DNA from: a virus
DNA length: 60,937 bases
Virus record (IMG/VR): IMGVR_UViG_3300045988_087795
Strand: one strand, 5' to 3'
Part shown: in pieces, positions 43,367-53,706 of the stretch
Position numbering within the stretch: the stretch's first letter is position 1
Layout of the letters: each line of letters starts with the position of its first letter
Notes under the pieces: model-generated
What the model saw: the letters and a program-made list of their open reading frames with translations, nothing else
Databases searched by the model: none
Told to the model about the DNA's origin: nothing
Program-made: the position numbers and the translations under genes

Positions 43367-44240
43367 AGAACTTATCTATAAGCGGATCGCAGAATCCGCC
43401 GCCGCTGAACAGCTGGCGTCCCACAACGGGGCACCGGCCGTTTTCTTTGGCCCGGTGCCTACCGACACGGACCCGGGCTGGGCCGGGGCTGAACAGTATC
43501 CGCGTATTTCCTACACCATCGACATGAGGGCAAACCCCGAGCGCCAAACCGCCGGGAATCTGTACCTTGATGTTTGGTGCCTGGACAGCGGGACCGCGCC
43601 GGAGGCCGTAGAGCCCAGCGTCCGGGCTGCCCTGTGCGACGTTATTGTGGCGCCGCATGAACAGCCCCCGTACAGCCTGGCGTGGGTTACAAGTGAAACC
43701 TTCGAGGCCACAAAGCAGCTTGACAAGAGCGCCCGCGTCATTGGCGTGACGGTGACTTTTGATCTGTATGCGCTGCCGCAGCAGGAAACCACCGACCCGG
43801 ACCCCATCATGGCGATGAACGCCTTCACGAACAGGTGGAGCGACGCTGTGACCGTGATTGGAAGCGACCGCATGGGCGAGTATACGGAGCCGTCGGACGA
43901 GCGCCCGGCGGCTTATTTCCGCCTTGCAAACTACCACCTGGCACAGGAAACGCACACTGTGGCGTGGATGGAAGGCGTCCTGGTGGGCCACATGATCGCA
44001 CCGACCTATGCAGGCCGCCAACGTTGGCTCAAAGCCTTGGCGGACGAGCTTGCAACCCGCGGGGAAGTCGAAATGCTGGACACCTCGCCCATGTTTATAC
44101 GCGCTCTGGAAGTGGACGGGAGCCTGGACCCGCTGACGGCCGGGCAAATGCGCCTTGGCGTCCGCTGGGGAATCCTGAAACGGCCGAAGTTCGCCCACAA
44201 GCTGAACCACATCAACACGAATTACAACTACAACCCGTAA
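43356..44240 (+). CDS. Tail completion / terminator-like protein
   Basis: Position upstream of the sheath gene. Confidence 0.4.
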   Translation: MTLEELIYKRIAESAAAEQLASHNGAPAVFFGPVPTDTDPGWAGAEQYPRISYTIDMRANPERQTAGNLYLDVWCLDSGTAPEAVEPSVRAALCDVIVAPHEQPPYSLAWVTSETFEATKQLDKSARVIGVTVTFDLYALPQQETTDPDPIMAMNAFTNRWSDAVTVIGSDRMGEYTEPSDERPAAYFRLANYHLAQETHTVAWMEGVLVGHMIAPTYAGRQRWLKALADELATRGEVEMLDTSPMFIRALEVDGSLDPLTAGQMRLGVRWGILKRPKFAHKLNHINTNYNYNP

Positions 44241-44252
44241 AAGGAGGCTATT

Positions 44253-44459
44253 ATGGCAGAAACCAAAACCACGGCTGCTGCGCCCGCAGAGGCGGCGGCC
44301 ACCTATACCGCGGCCGAGCTTATCGCAGCAGCCCCGGCAAAGTTTGGCGTTTCGCCGGACGTTGCCACCGCTGCCCTGCGCATGGCTTGCAAGAAGACTG
44401 CCACCGTTGAGGAGGCAAGGGCCATCATCACCGAGTTTGCGACCAAGGAGGTGAAATAA
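44253..44459 (+). CDS. Hypothetical small protein
   Basis: aaggagg RBS. Confidence 0.5.
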   Translation: MAETKTTAAAPAEAAATYTAAELIAAAPAKFGVSPDVATAALRMACKKTATVEEARAIITEFATKEVK

Positions 44460-44460
44460 T

Positions 44461-45870
44461 ATGGCTGGCACTTATTCTGTGGGCGAAACCAAGACCCGCC
44501 CCGGCGTTTACCACCGGCGTTATAGTGTTGGCGGCGGTGAACTGGCTGGCGCCCTGAATGGCGTTGGCATGGGCATCATTCGCGCCAACTGGGGTCCCCT
44601 GAACAAGGCCGTTGCCTTTGAACCGTCCACCAACGTGAACGCGGTATTTGGCAACGGCAACACCGAGGACCTTATCACCGAAATGTTTTCCGGTGGCATT
44701 TCCAGCGGCTATTTTGTCCGCTGTGGCACCGGCGGCACCGCGCCCACCATTACCCTGAAAGATGACGCGAAGGCCGACGTTGTGACCATTACCGGCGCCT
44801 ATGTTGGCGACCGGGCTTTCACCGTTTCCATCCGCGACAGCCTGACCGGCGACGGCCGCGAGTGCATCATTTACGAGGGCACGACCGAGTTCTTGAAGGT
44901 GACGTTTGCGGCCGACAAGAAGGAACCCGCTGGCCTGGCTGCTGCCATCAATGCAGCAACCAAGGATTTCATCGCCAAGGCAACCGCCGCAGGCTCCGGC
45001 GTTATGGCTACCGTTACCCAGTCGGCTATGACCAAGGGCACCCAGCCCACCACGAACACCGTAAGTTACAGCGCGGCCCTGGACGCCTTCGACGCCGTGC
45101 GCGGCAATGTTATCTGTGTGGACACCGACGACGCGGCTGTCCATGCCCTGGTGCAGGCTTACATCACCCGTACCTTTACCGGCGGCGGCTACCTGATGGG
45201 CTGTGTTGCCGAGAATAAGGGCGTTGAGTTCGACACCCGCACGACCCACGCCGCGGCCTTCAATGACGAGAAGATGCACTATTGCGTCAATGGCGCCCTG
45301 AATGCCACAGGCGACGACTACAACGGCTACAAGCTGGCCGCCCGCATTGGCGGCATGATCGCTTCCGTGGCTTCCAACGTGGCCCTGACCCACACCGTGG
45401 TGAAGGGCTTTGTGGACCTGGACGAAGGCCTGACCAATAGCCAGATCGAGAAGGCGTTGAAGCGCGGCTGCATCGTGCTGACCAAGAACGCTTCCGGCCA
45501 GGTGCAGATCGAGCAGGGTATCAACACCCTGGTGAGCCCGGACGGTGACATGGATGCAGGCTGGAAGAAGATCCGCCGCACCAAGGAACGTTTCGAGCTT
45601 ATGCAGCGCATCGACGACAGCCTGGACCCCATTGTGGGCAAGCTGGACAACGACAGCGACGGCCGCGCCACCGTTATTGCCATGGGCAAGGCAATCATTG
45701 CCGCCATGGCGGGCGAAAAGAAGCTGACTTCCGGTGATATGTACGAGGACGACAGCAACCCGCCGCAGGGCGATTCCGCATGGTTTATCCTTGACATTGT
45801 GGACAAGGACAGCCTGGAACACGTCTATCTGGCGTATAAGTTCCGTTTCGCCACCGAAGTGAGCGAGTAA
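44461..45870 (+). CDS. Tail sheath protein
   Basis: N-terminal TRPGVY pattern. Size and position before the tube gene. Confidence 0.85.
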   Translation: MAGTYSVGETKTRPGVYHRRYSVGGGELAGALNGVGMGIIRANWGPLNKAVAFEPSTNVNAVFGNGNTEDLITEMFSGGISSGYFVRCGTGGTAPTITLKDDAKADVVTITGAYVGDRAFTVSIRDSLTGDGRECIIYEGTTEFLKVTFAADKKEPAGLAAAINAATKDFIAKATAAGSGVMATVTQSAMTKGTQPTTNTVSYSAALDAFDAVRGNVICVDTDDAAVHALVQAYITRTFTGGGYLMGCVAENKGVEFDTRTTHAAAFNDEKMHYCVNGALNATGDDYNGYKLAARIGGMIASVASNVALTHTVVKGFVDLDEGLTNSQIEKALKRGCIVLTKNASGQVQIEQGINTLVSPDGDMDAGWKKIRRTKERFELMQRIDDSLDPIVGKLDNDSDGRATVIAMGKAIIAAMAGEKKLTSGDMYEDDSNPPQGDSAWFILDIVDKDSLEHVYLAYKFRFATEVSE

Positions 45871-45885
45871 AGGAGGAAATGAGCT

Positions 45886-46341
45886 ATGTATAATCAGTCC
45901 GGCCCGGCCGACAGCCGCAAGGTTTTGAGCGGCAAGGACGCGGTCCTTTTTAACGGCGAAGGCGTTATGCTTGCCACCATTGAGAGCTTCCAGGTCCAGG
46001 TGAACGTTTCCAATTCTGATTACCAGCCCCTGGGCGACGCGCAGGTGCACGCCGCTATGACTGGCTACAAGGTGACGCTGACCTTCTCCCAGATCACCAT
46101 TGAAGACGACGCCTTTATCGAGGATATGTTTGCCATGATGCACAGCGGCCAGCAGCCTAACTGGAACTTCCAGGGTGTTGTCTACGGCCGTAATGGTAGC
46201 GAGCAGCGCATGAACTACCGCGGCTGTGTGCCTGATGGCAACATTGACCTCCAGGGTGCTTCTGTGGGCGATATTATTAAGCGTGCATGGAACATGGTGG
46301 TCAACGACCCGCCCGAACTCCAGAAGCTCCTGGCCGCGTAA
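45886..46341 (+). CDS. Tail tube protein (XkdM-like)
   Basis: aaggagg RBS. LATIESFQVQVNVSNSDYQPLGD..TGYKVTLTFSQ. Confidence 0.8.
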   Translation: MYNQSGPADSRKVLSGKDAVLFNGEGVMLATIESFQVQVNVSNSDYQPLGDAQVHAAMTGYKVTLTFSQITIEDDAFIEDMFAMMHSGQQPNWNFQGVVYGRNGSEQRMNYRGCVPDGNIDLQGASVGDIIKRAWNMVVNDPPELQKLLAA

Positions 46342-46370
46342 GAGAGGTCGCAAAACGAGAAACAAATACA

Positions 46371-46408
46371 AGGGGAGGCGCTTTGCGAGGGCACCTCCCT
46401 ATTATTTT
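46371..46408 (+). terminator. Attenuating terminator after the sheath/tube genes
   Basis: aggggagg...cctccct stem followed by attatttt. Confidence 0.5.
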
Positions 46409-46448
46409 ATTCGCATGAACGAACAAAACCGTTATGGAGGACAAATAT

Positions 46449-46967
46449 ATGAGCATCAAAGCTACTGTGAACCCCACCGACGAAACCGCCGAGATCACCA
46501 AAGAGGAGCAGATCGCGGACGCCCGCGAGAACGAAACCACCCTGCTGGACGGCCTTCTGACTGCTGCTGGCTTCAAAACCTCGGAGGAGTGCATCAAAAA
46601 CGTGGTAATTTCCCGCGGCGGAAAGGACCTGTTCAGCTTCCACATTCACCCGTTGAGCGAGGAAGACTATAACAGCTGCCGCAAGAAGTTTACCAAGTAC
46701 GTTAAGAGCAAGGTACAGGGAGGCATCCGTGTGCCGGAGGAAGTGAACGCGGTGGATTACCGCGCCGAGCTGATTTTCCGCGCCACCACCCCGGAGGATC
46801 AGGAAAAGGTCTGGTGCAACAAGGTGCTGTGGAAAAAGCTCGACCTTGTTACCGGTTACGAGGCGGTGAACGCCCTGTTGATGGCAGGTGAGAAGGAAGC
46901 GGTTCTTTCGCTTATCGACCAGATCAGCGGCTACGAGCTTTCCGAGGAGGACGTGGCAAAAAACTAA
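46449..46967 (+). CDS. Tail assembly chaperone (XkdN-like), frame-0 product
   Basis: ggagga RBS before ATG 46449. Position before the tape measure. Ends at the slippery site. Confidence 0.7.
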   Translation: MSIKATVNPTDETAEITKEEQIADARENETTLLDGLLTAAGFKTSEECIKNVVISRGGKDLFSFHIHPLSEEDYNSCRKKFTKYVKSKVQGGIRVPEEVNAVDYRAELIFRATTPEDQEKVWCNKVLWKKLDLVTGYEAVNALLMAGEKEAVLSLIDQISGYELSEEDVAKN

Positions 46968-47140
46968 TCCTCGCCGGAGGGCGCGCAACGCTTTTGCACC
47001 AGATCTTCCAGCGCACCGGCGTAATGCCGGGCAAGGTCTGGAACGCCCCACATGGTGAAAGAGCGTTTTGTTTGGCCTCCATGATGGTGCAGCTCGAACA
47101 AGAGCAGAAGGCCGGAGAGGAGGGAACAAATGGCCTCTGA
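46958..47140 (+). other. Programmed -1 frameshift site A_AAA_AAC plus a 58-codon -1 extension of the chaperone
   Basis: The heptamer 46958..46964 is in the correct phase (gcA AAA AAC TAA). The -1 frame is open to the TGA at 47138..47140, overlapping the tape-measure start. Confidence 0.65.
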
Positions 47141-50100
47141 AACTTTTAGAATTGCCATTGACGCGACCGTCAACGACAATACCGGCCCCGGCGTACAGTC
47201 CGCCCAGAAGCGCCTTTCTGGATTCGACAAGAGCATCAAGCACACCAAAGACCGGCTGGACCGGCTGACAAGCACGGGATTCCACATTGACCTGGATGCC
47301 GTAGACCGGGCAACCGCTACGATCCAGAACGTGGAAACGAAGGTGCACGGTTTCGTCGGTAAAGCCTGGAGTTTTACGGTTGGCATCATTGACAAGGCGA
47401 CGGCGCCTTTGCAGGGCATTATAAACCTTGTGAAAAACCCCGTCTTGCAGGCCGGTGCCATTTTCGGCGTTTCTGTGAGCCTGGCCGACACGGTGAGTAC
47501 ATACGGAGCCTTTGAGGAATCCATGTCGAACGTGAAGGCCATTTCCGGCGCTACGGCCGAGGAGTTCGACAAGTTGACCGCCAAAGCCAAGGAGGAAGGC
47601 GCAACCACGAAATTCACGGCCAAGGATTCGGCGGACGCCTTCGGTTATATGGCTATGGCCGGGTGGAAGACCGAAGATATGCTGCAAGGCATTGACGGTA
47701 TTATGAGCCTGGCCGCAGCTTCAAACGAGGACCTGGCGACCACTTCCGACATTGTGACCGATGCTTTGACGGCCTTTGGGCTGAAAGCGTCCGATTCCGG
47801 GCACTTCGCCGACGTGCTGGCGCAGGCCAGCGCGAACGCGAACACGAACGTCGGCATGATGGGCGAATCGTTCAAGTACGTTGCCCCTGTGGCAGGCGCC
47901 TTGAAGTATTCCGTGGAAGACGTTTCCCTGGCCCTGGGCCTCATGGCAAACGCCAGCGTCAAGGGCTCCATGGCAGGCACCAGCCTGAAAACCTCCCTTG
48001 CGAACATGGCAGCGCCCACCGACAAAATGGAAGCCGCCATGGACAAGTACGGCATCAGCCTGACCAAGCGCAACGGCGAAATGAAGACCATGCACGAGGT
48101 TTTGGACAACTTGCGCAGCAGCCTGGGCGGCCTTTCCGAAACCGAACAGACCGCGGCCGCAAGTACCATCTTCGGCAAGGAAGCCATGGCCGGTATGCTG
48201 GCGATCATCAACGCATCCGAAGACGATTACAACAAACTGACCGCGGCCGTGAACAACGCCGACGGTGCATCCCAGCAGATGGCAGACACGATGCTGGACA
48301 ACATGAACGGCAGCTTTACGCTGCTGCAATCGGCGGTTGACGGCGCAAAAATCGCCCTTGGCGAGCGCCTTTCTCCGTACCTTCGGGAGTTCGCAACGTG
48401 GATCACCAACAAAATGCCGCTGGTAGAGGATGCAATCGGCGACGTGATGGACCATGTGGACGCAAAGGTCGAGGATCTGCGCCACACCATTGCAGAGTTT
48501 ACCGCCAGCGACGAGTGGGCAAGCGCCGACATTTGGGGCAAGCTTGGCATTGCCTGGGATAAGATCGTGGCGGAGCCGTTCGACGAGTGGTGGAACGGCA
48601 GCGGCCGCCAGTTCTTTGCCGACAGGGCCGCAGGCCTGGGCCGTGGCCTTGGCAGCGGCATTACCGCCGGATTCCTGGCGCTGCTGGGCATTGACCCCGC
48701 CGGGGCCATTGACGACGGTGCAGCTATTGGTGCAAACTTTGTTTCCGGCTTTATGGACGGCCTGGACTTCGACGGAATCCTGGACGGCTTGAAGACCTGG
48801 GCGGAAAACCACAAGGCCCAGGTGGCGGCCATTGGCGCCGTTCTCGGCTTCAAGCTGGTAACGGGCGCAGCAAGCGCCTATTCTAAACTTCGCGGTCTTA
48901 CCGCGGCGCTGGGCCTTGGAGGCGGCACGGGCACCGGCATGGGCTCTTCTGGTATGCCTTCCATGGGCGGCTCTTTCAAGACTTCCGCGGCCGTTATGAA
49001 CGTAACGGCCCAGATGGTGGTCTTGAAGTCTGGCAACTTTGGCGCTGAGGCTGGCTCCAAGGCCCGCCAGGCGGCAGAAGCGGCCTTTTCTGGTGGAACC
49101 GGCAGCCCTTCGCTGCCGAGCGGCGGCGCGCTTGTCCCGAGCGCGGGCGCCCCGGCGACGGCCGGAGCGCTGCCCGGCACTACAAGGCTCCTCGGCGACG
49201 GCAAGGCGACCTTTGAGGGGACGGCCGTTGAGATTGACCCGGCGGCACTGCCCGCAAAGGGCCTGACTTCCGCAAATGGCTGGCTGGGCAAGCTCCTGCA
49301 AAAGGGCTCCACCCAGGCCACCATGAGCGCGGACGGCACCCTGACTTCTGTTACCGGCGGCGTTGGCGGCACCCTGGGCGGCATTGGCACGGCCCTGGGC
49401 AGCCATGCGACCACGGCGGCAGGCACGGCCGCAGCGGGCGGCGCAAGTATTCTGGGCGGCATTCTGGGCCTTCTGGGCATCGGTGCAGGCGTGAGAAACC
49501 TGTACCGCGGCACCCAGACCACCGGCAAGGACGCTCAGAACGAGTATTCCAAGGGCGGGACCAAGATCGGCATGGTCGGCGCAGGCGCAGCGGCAGGCGC
49601 AGCCGTGGGCACTGTGGTGCCTGTTGCTGGAACCGGCGTCGGCGCTCTTGTGGGTGCCGGTATCGGTGGTCTTGGCGCCCTGGGCTTTGGCGACAAAATC
49701 GGCCAGGCTCTTTCCGATGCACTGGACGAAGGCGGAGCGCTGGACAACCTGAAACAGACGGTTGGAACCTTCTTCACTTCGACGCTGCCGGAGCACTGGA
49801 CGAGTTTCTGGGATGGCGTGGGCACCACGTTTTCCGAAACAATCCCCTATGCAATCGGCTACGCCCTGGGCAAAACGAAGGTTTTCTTTACCAACACGCT
49901 GCCGGAACACTGGACCGCCTTCTGGGATGGTGTAGGGGAGTTCTGGACCGAGGACGTCCCTGCATGGGTGGAGAGCACCGGCGAAAAGGCCGTCATGTTC
50001 TTCACCGAAACGCTTCCGACCAAGTGGACGGACTTCTGGACCGGCGTTGGCGACTTCTGGACAAAGGAAGTCCCGGCATGGGTTGAAAGCAGCGTGACGA

Positions 50101-50714
50101 GCGCGGTAAACTTCTTCACCGTGACGCTTCCGGCGAAGTGGACCGGCTTCTGGTCTGGCGTGGGCGACAAGATCAGCGGATTTTTCACCAACGCCAAAAA
50201 CGCCTTTAGTTCTGGCCTCTCTGCCGGATCGTTTACGACCGGCGGAGGCACGAGCAGCGGCGGAGGAGGCGGCCGTGTTACTCCGCACGCTATGGGCGGC
50301 ATTATGACGAGCCCGCACGTTGGCCTTGTGGCAGAAGACGGCCCGGAAGCGATTATTCCGCTTGGCGGCAGCCGCCGAACTAGAGCGCTTGATCTTTGGA
50401 ATCAAACGGGATCGATTCTTGGCGCCGACTATTCGGGCGATTCGGACGACGACACGCCCGAAAACGTGCCCACGTTCTCCCCCGTCGTGTACCCGGCACC
50501 GGCGCCGCAGGCGCCCGCAGGAGCCGTAGCGCAGCCCATTTCTATTCCGGTAGAAATTGGGCTGAACCCGCAGTTTATCATCCAGGGCACCGAAGGCATG
50601 AGCCCGGACGAGATTATCGCAACCGTGAAATCCCGCATCCGCGAAATGGTGGACGACATAAGCGACGAGCTGGCCGAACGCCTGGCCCGTGTCCTTGCGA
50701 ATATGCCCGCATAA
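47130..50714 (+). CDS. Tail tape measure protein
   Basis: AISGATAEEFDKLTAKAKEEGATTKFTAKDSADAFGYMAMAGW (TP901-type core). 1194 aa. Gly/Ala-rich tracts. Confidence 0.9.
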   Translation: MASETFRIAIDATVNDNTGPGVQSAQKRLSGFDKSIKHTKDRLDRLTSTGFHIDLDAVDRATATIQNVETKVHGFVGKAWSFTVGIIDKATAPLQGIINLVKNPVLQAGAIFGVSVSLADTVSTYGAFEESMSNVKAISGATAEEFDKLTAKAKEEGATTKFTAKDSADAFGYMAMAGWKTEDMLQGIDGIMSLAAASNEDLATTSDIVTDALTAFGLKASDSGHFADVLAQASANANTNVGMMGESFKYVAPVAGALKYSVEDVSLALGLMANASVKGSMAGTSLKTSLANMAAPTDKMEAAMDKYGISLTKRNGEMKTMHEVLDNLRSSLGGLSETEQTAAASTIFGKEAMAGMLAIINASEDDYNKLTAAVNNADGASQQMADTMLDNMNGSFTLLQSAVDGAKIALGERLSPYLREFATWITNKMPLVEDAIGDVMDHVDAKVEDLRHTIAEFTASDEWASADIWGKLGIAWDKIVAEPFDEWWNGSGRQFFADRAAGLGRGLGSGITAGFLALLGIDPAGAIDDGAAIGANFVSGFMDGLDFDGILDGLKTWAENHKAQVAAIGAVLGFKLVTGAASAYSKLRGLTAALGLGGGTGTGMGSSGMPSMGGSFKTSAAVMNVTAQMVVLKSGNFGAEAGSKARQAAEAAFSGGTGSPSLPSGGALVPSAGAPATAGALPGTTRLLGDGKATFEGTAVEIDPAALPAKGLTSANGWLGKLLQKGSTQATMSADGTLTSVTGGVGGTLGGIGTALGSHATTAAGTAAAGGASILGGILGLLGIGAGVRNLYRGTQTTGKDAQNEYSKGGTKIGMVGAGAAAGAAVGTVVPVAGTGVGALVGAGIGGLGALGFGDKIGQALSDALDEGGALDNLKQTVGTFFTSTLPEHWTSFWDGVGTTFSETIPYAIGYALGKTKVFFTNTLPEHWTAFWDGVGEFWTEDVPAWVESTGEKAVMFFTETLPTKWTDFWTGVGDFWTKEVPAWVESSVTSAVNFFTVTLPAKWTGFWSGVGDKISGFFTNAKNAFSSGLSAGSFTTGGGTSSGGGGGRVTPHAMGGIMTSPHVGLVAEDGPEAIIPLGGSRRTRALDLWNQTGSILGADYSGDSDDDTPENVPTFSPVVYPAPAPQAPAGAVAQPISIPVEIGLNPQFIIQGTEGMSPDEIIATVKSRIREMVDDISDELAERLARVLANMPA
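49770..50225 (+). repeat. Four tandem 114-nt (38-aa) repeats inside the tape measure gene
   Basis: FFTxTLPxxWTxFWxGVG units start at 49770, 49884, 49998 and 50112. Confidence 0.85.
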
Positions 50715-50729
50715 GGAAAGGAGGGCAAA

Positions 50730-51407
50730 ATGTTACCCGAGATTGTGTACCTTACCCAGCTCGACACGGGAACCAGAATTGCGCTCCCCCTTACACCCGA
50801 GAAGGTTTCCGACAAACGGGAGGGGAATTTCATTTCCTACAACATCCTGAATGTTGGCGAGGTGAAGATCCCGAACGGCGAGAAGCTGGCGCAATTTTCC
50901 TGGAACGGTATTCTCCCCGGCGTTTCCATGCTGGGCATGGGTATCGTTTCGCTTTTCGACTGGAAGCCGCCCCGCGTGATGATCGGCATTCTTGACGGCT
51001 GGAAGAAGAACCGGAAGAAACTTCGGCTTCTTGTGACCGGCACGGCCATAAACCACGACGTTTATATCCAGAACTTCACCGTTACCCATGAATACTTCGA
51101 CCGGGCAGAATACAGCATTTCCTTTGTGCAAGCAAAGGACATTCTGATTAAAACCACGGACGAGGCAGACGGGAAAACGGATGGCGGAAGCCTGGACGAG
51201 CGCCCGGCAAGCGCAGCGGCCGCAGCTTCCACACAGGCGACCGGCAAAACCTACACTGTGAAGCCTGGGGACACGCTGTGGTCCATTTCCAAGAAGTACC
51301 TTGGCAACGGTTCGCGGTATTCGGAGATCTACAACTCCAACAAGGCCGTAATCGGGAGCAACCCGAATTTGATTAAGCCGGGCCAGGTTTTGACCATTCC
51401 GGGGTGA
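50730..51407 (+). CDS. LysM-domain tail protein (XkdP-like)
   Basis: C-terminal YTVKPGDTLWSISKKYLGNGSRYSEIYNSN...IKPGQVLTIP. Confidence 0.8.
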   Translation: MLPEIVYLTQLDTGTRIALPLTPEKVSDKREGNFISYNILNVGEVKIPNGEKLAQFSWNGILPGVSMLGMGIVSLFDWKPPRVMIGILDGWKKNRKKLRLLVTGTAINHDVYIQNFTVTHEYFDRAEYSISFVQAKDILIKTTDEADGKTDGGSLDERPASAAAAASTQATGKTYTVKPGDTLWSISKKYLGNGSRYSEIYNSNKAVIGSNPNLIKPGQVLTIPG

Positions 51408-51417
51408 GGAGGACCGC

Positions 51418-52662
51418 ATGATCGACGTTTCCAAGGTAGCATACAATGTTTATGCGGTCCTGCAAGACGGCACCCGGCTGAACGTGACCCCAGCAGTCAT
51501 GGATCTGGGCTGGGAGGAAGGAGAGAGCGAGTTGAGTTCTCGTTTTTCGTTCACTGTTGCAAACGTGGACTATAACGGGAGCCCGCTTTCTTCGACCATA
51601 AAGCCGAACACCGCCATTGTGGTAACGGCATCGGCCGGAGGTGATGAACAGGAAGTTGCCAGCGGGAAAGTGATCGAGTGGAACCCGCAGGACGGGGCCG
51701 CCATGAAGGACTTTTCCGTGGTGTGCTACGACGACCTTTACAACCTCCAAAAGAGCCAGGACGACCGCTATATCAAGGCTGGAACCGGCACGAAATCCGC
51801 CCTGAACGCCATCTTTTCCGATTGGGGAATCCCGGCCGGAGAATACAAGGGCCCGGACAAGCCCCACGCAAAAACGCTTTTCAAAGCGGAATATCTGGGG
51901 GACATTATAACGGAGCTTCTAGACGATGCCGAAAAGCACGGCGCGGACAACTACGTTATAAGAATGAGCGGTGGCAAGGTGAACGTTCTGCCCATCAACG
52001 CCAACGAAACAGTTTACCACTTTGACGAGGACGACAACCTGACGACGAGCGGAGACAAGATCAGCACGGCCGACCTTGTGACCCGCGTTAAGGTGATAGG
52101 CCTTGAAAAGAAGACCCAGAAGCGGTCTGTGGAAGCCACCCTGGACGGGAAAACGGAGTACGGCATCCGGCAGCGGATCTATACCCGCAGTTCGGACGAT
52201 ACGGCCGCGCAGGCCAAGTCCGCCGCACAGAAGACCCTTGACGAAAAGGGAGAACCTACACGGAAAACCACCCTGAAAGGCGCAGATCTTCCGTTCATCC
52301 GCAAGGGCGACAAAATCCGGGCTGCGGCCAGGACCGTGAACGGCTTTTGCACTGTGCTGGGAGTGCAGCACGATGCCGCAAACCGCACAATGACCATGAC
52401 CGTTAAGGTTTTGGACGAAGACCCGGCCGGGAACAAGAAGGACTCTGACGAGTACAAGGTGGGCGATATTGTGAACTTTGCCGGTGGCAGCCATTACAAG
52501 GCTTCCACCGATACAAAGGCCGCAAGCACTAACCTTTCGCCCGGCAAGGCTAAAATAACCATCATAAAGAAAGGTGCAAAACACCCGTACCATCTGATCT
52601 ATCAGAACTGGGCCGAAACGCACGTTTACGGCTGGGTGGATGAAGGTACCTTTTCAAAATAA
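51418..52662 (+). CDS. XkdQ / late-control-D-like baseplate hub protein
   Basis: Size and position after the LysM protein. Confidence 0.55.
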   Translation: MIDVSKVAYNVYAVLQDGTRLNVTPAVMDLGWEEGESELSSRFSFTVANVDYNGSPLSSTIKPNTAIVVTASAGGDEQEVASGKVIEWNPQDGAAMKDFSVVCYDDLYNLQKSQDDRYIKAGTGTKSALNAIFSDWGIPAGEYKGPDKPHAKTLFKAEYLGDIITELLDDAEKHGADNYVIRMSGGKVNVLPINANETVYHFDEDDNLTTSGDKISTADLVTRVKVIGLEKKTQKRSVEATLDGKTEYGIRQRIYTRSSDDTAAQAKSAAQKTLDEKGEPTRKTTLKGADLPFIRKGDKIRAAARTVNGFCTVLGVQHDAANRTMTMTVKVLDEDPAGNKKDSDEYKVGDIVNFAGGSHYKASTDTKAASTNLSPGKAKITIIKKGAKHPYHLIYQNWAETHVYGWVDEGTFSK

Positions 52663-52677
52663 CGGAAGGAGGAAACA

Positions 52678-53208
52678 ATGAACCCGAGTTCTGGCAACAA
52701 GGGTGTGAACCACCTGGCCCAGGTTTTGGCCGGTCAGAGCAAAAAGGACCATGACCGAAATTCCGCTCTTGTCCTTGATTTTGGCGAGATCATGGATGAT
52801 TACAGCCTCCAAACGAACACCTTTTCCATTCCGATTCCGGTAGAAGATTACCACGTCTGCCGTCAGCTGACCCTTGGCAAAACCGGGGACATTCTGGCGA
52901 AGACCCAGGCCGTTGGCTCTCCGGGCAGCGGAGAGCATGAACACAATGTTGTTTCAAAGTTAAAGGATTCTCTCGGAAAGCCTTGCACCGGATCGATTGG
53001 CGTGGCAGCCAGTGTTCAACCAGACCCGCCAGACCCGCCGCAGAGCAACGCGGGAAGCGGAGGACCGGAGGGCGCCCACCAGCACCACGTTTTGATTCCC
53101 GAGAAAATGCGCCGCCTGAAACCCGGGGACCGTGTTCTGGTGGCCTGGGTGCAGTCGGAGGCCGTTGTGGTGGATATTATCTGCCCGGCGGAGGACCTGA
53201 AAAAATAA
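52678..53208 (+). CDS. XkdR-like baseplate/spike protein
   Basis: Position. C-terminal LKPGDRVLVAWV. Confidence 0.45.
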   Translation: MNPSSGNKGVNHLAQVLAGQSKKDHDRNSALVLDFGEIMDDYSLQTNTFSIPIPVEDYHVCRQLTLGKTGDILAKTQAVGSPGSGEHEHNVVSKLKDSLGKPCTGSIGVAASVQPDPPDPPQSNAGSGGPEGAHQHHVLIPEKMRRLKPGDRVLVAWVQSEAVVVDIICPAEDLKK

Positions 53209-53232
53209 CCAGACGAAAGGAAGGACTTTCCC

Positions 53233-53694
53233 ATGGCTGAAAAGCAGCTTTACCCCGTTTTTGAAGTCCCCGACTTCGTCACAAAGAAGAACGAGGAGAG
53301 CCGGAAGCAGCAATATAAACCCTCTGTTTATTTTGACTACGCGACCGGCGATTTTCGCCTTGACGGCGCCGGACGCATGGCAGGAGCCAGCGGCCGCGAA
53401 GCCTATATGCAGTGGTGCATGAAAACCGTTATGACGGAGCGGGACGCCTTTCTGGCGTATTCGACCAAGTACGGCGCAGAGCTTGAAATCTCGCTTGCAC
53501 AGAGCGACCACGCCAGCGTGGAAGCTAGTCTGGAACGGACTATTATTGAGGCCATCATGGCAAACCCCAAAACAGAGTATTGCCGCGACTTCACGTTTAC
53601 ATGGAACGGGCCGGACAGCTGCGATTGTGCGTTTAACATAAAGGGCCGCGGCTATGACGAGATCCAGACCGTCAACCTGAACTTTTCAAAGTAA
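53233..53694 (+). CDS. XkdS / gp25-like baseplate wedge protein
   Basis: Position. About 150 aa. Confidence 0.5.
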   Translation: MAEKQLYPVFEVPDFVTKKNEESRKQQYKPSVYFDYATGDFRLDGAGRMAGASGREAYMQWCMKTVMTERDAFLAYSTKYGAELEISLAQSDHASVEASLERTIIEAIMANPKTEYCRDFTFTWNGPDSCDCAFNIKGRGYDEIQTVNLNFSK

Positions 53695-53706
53695 GGAGGT
53701 GAGAGC

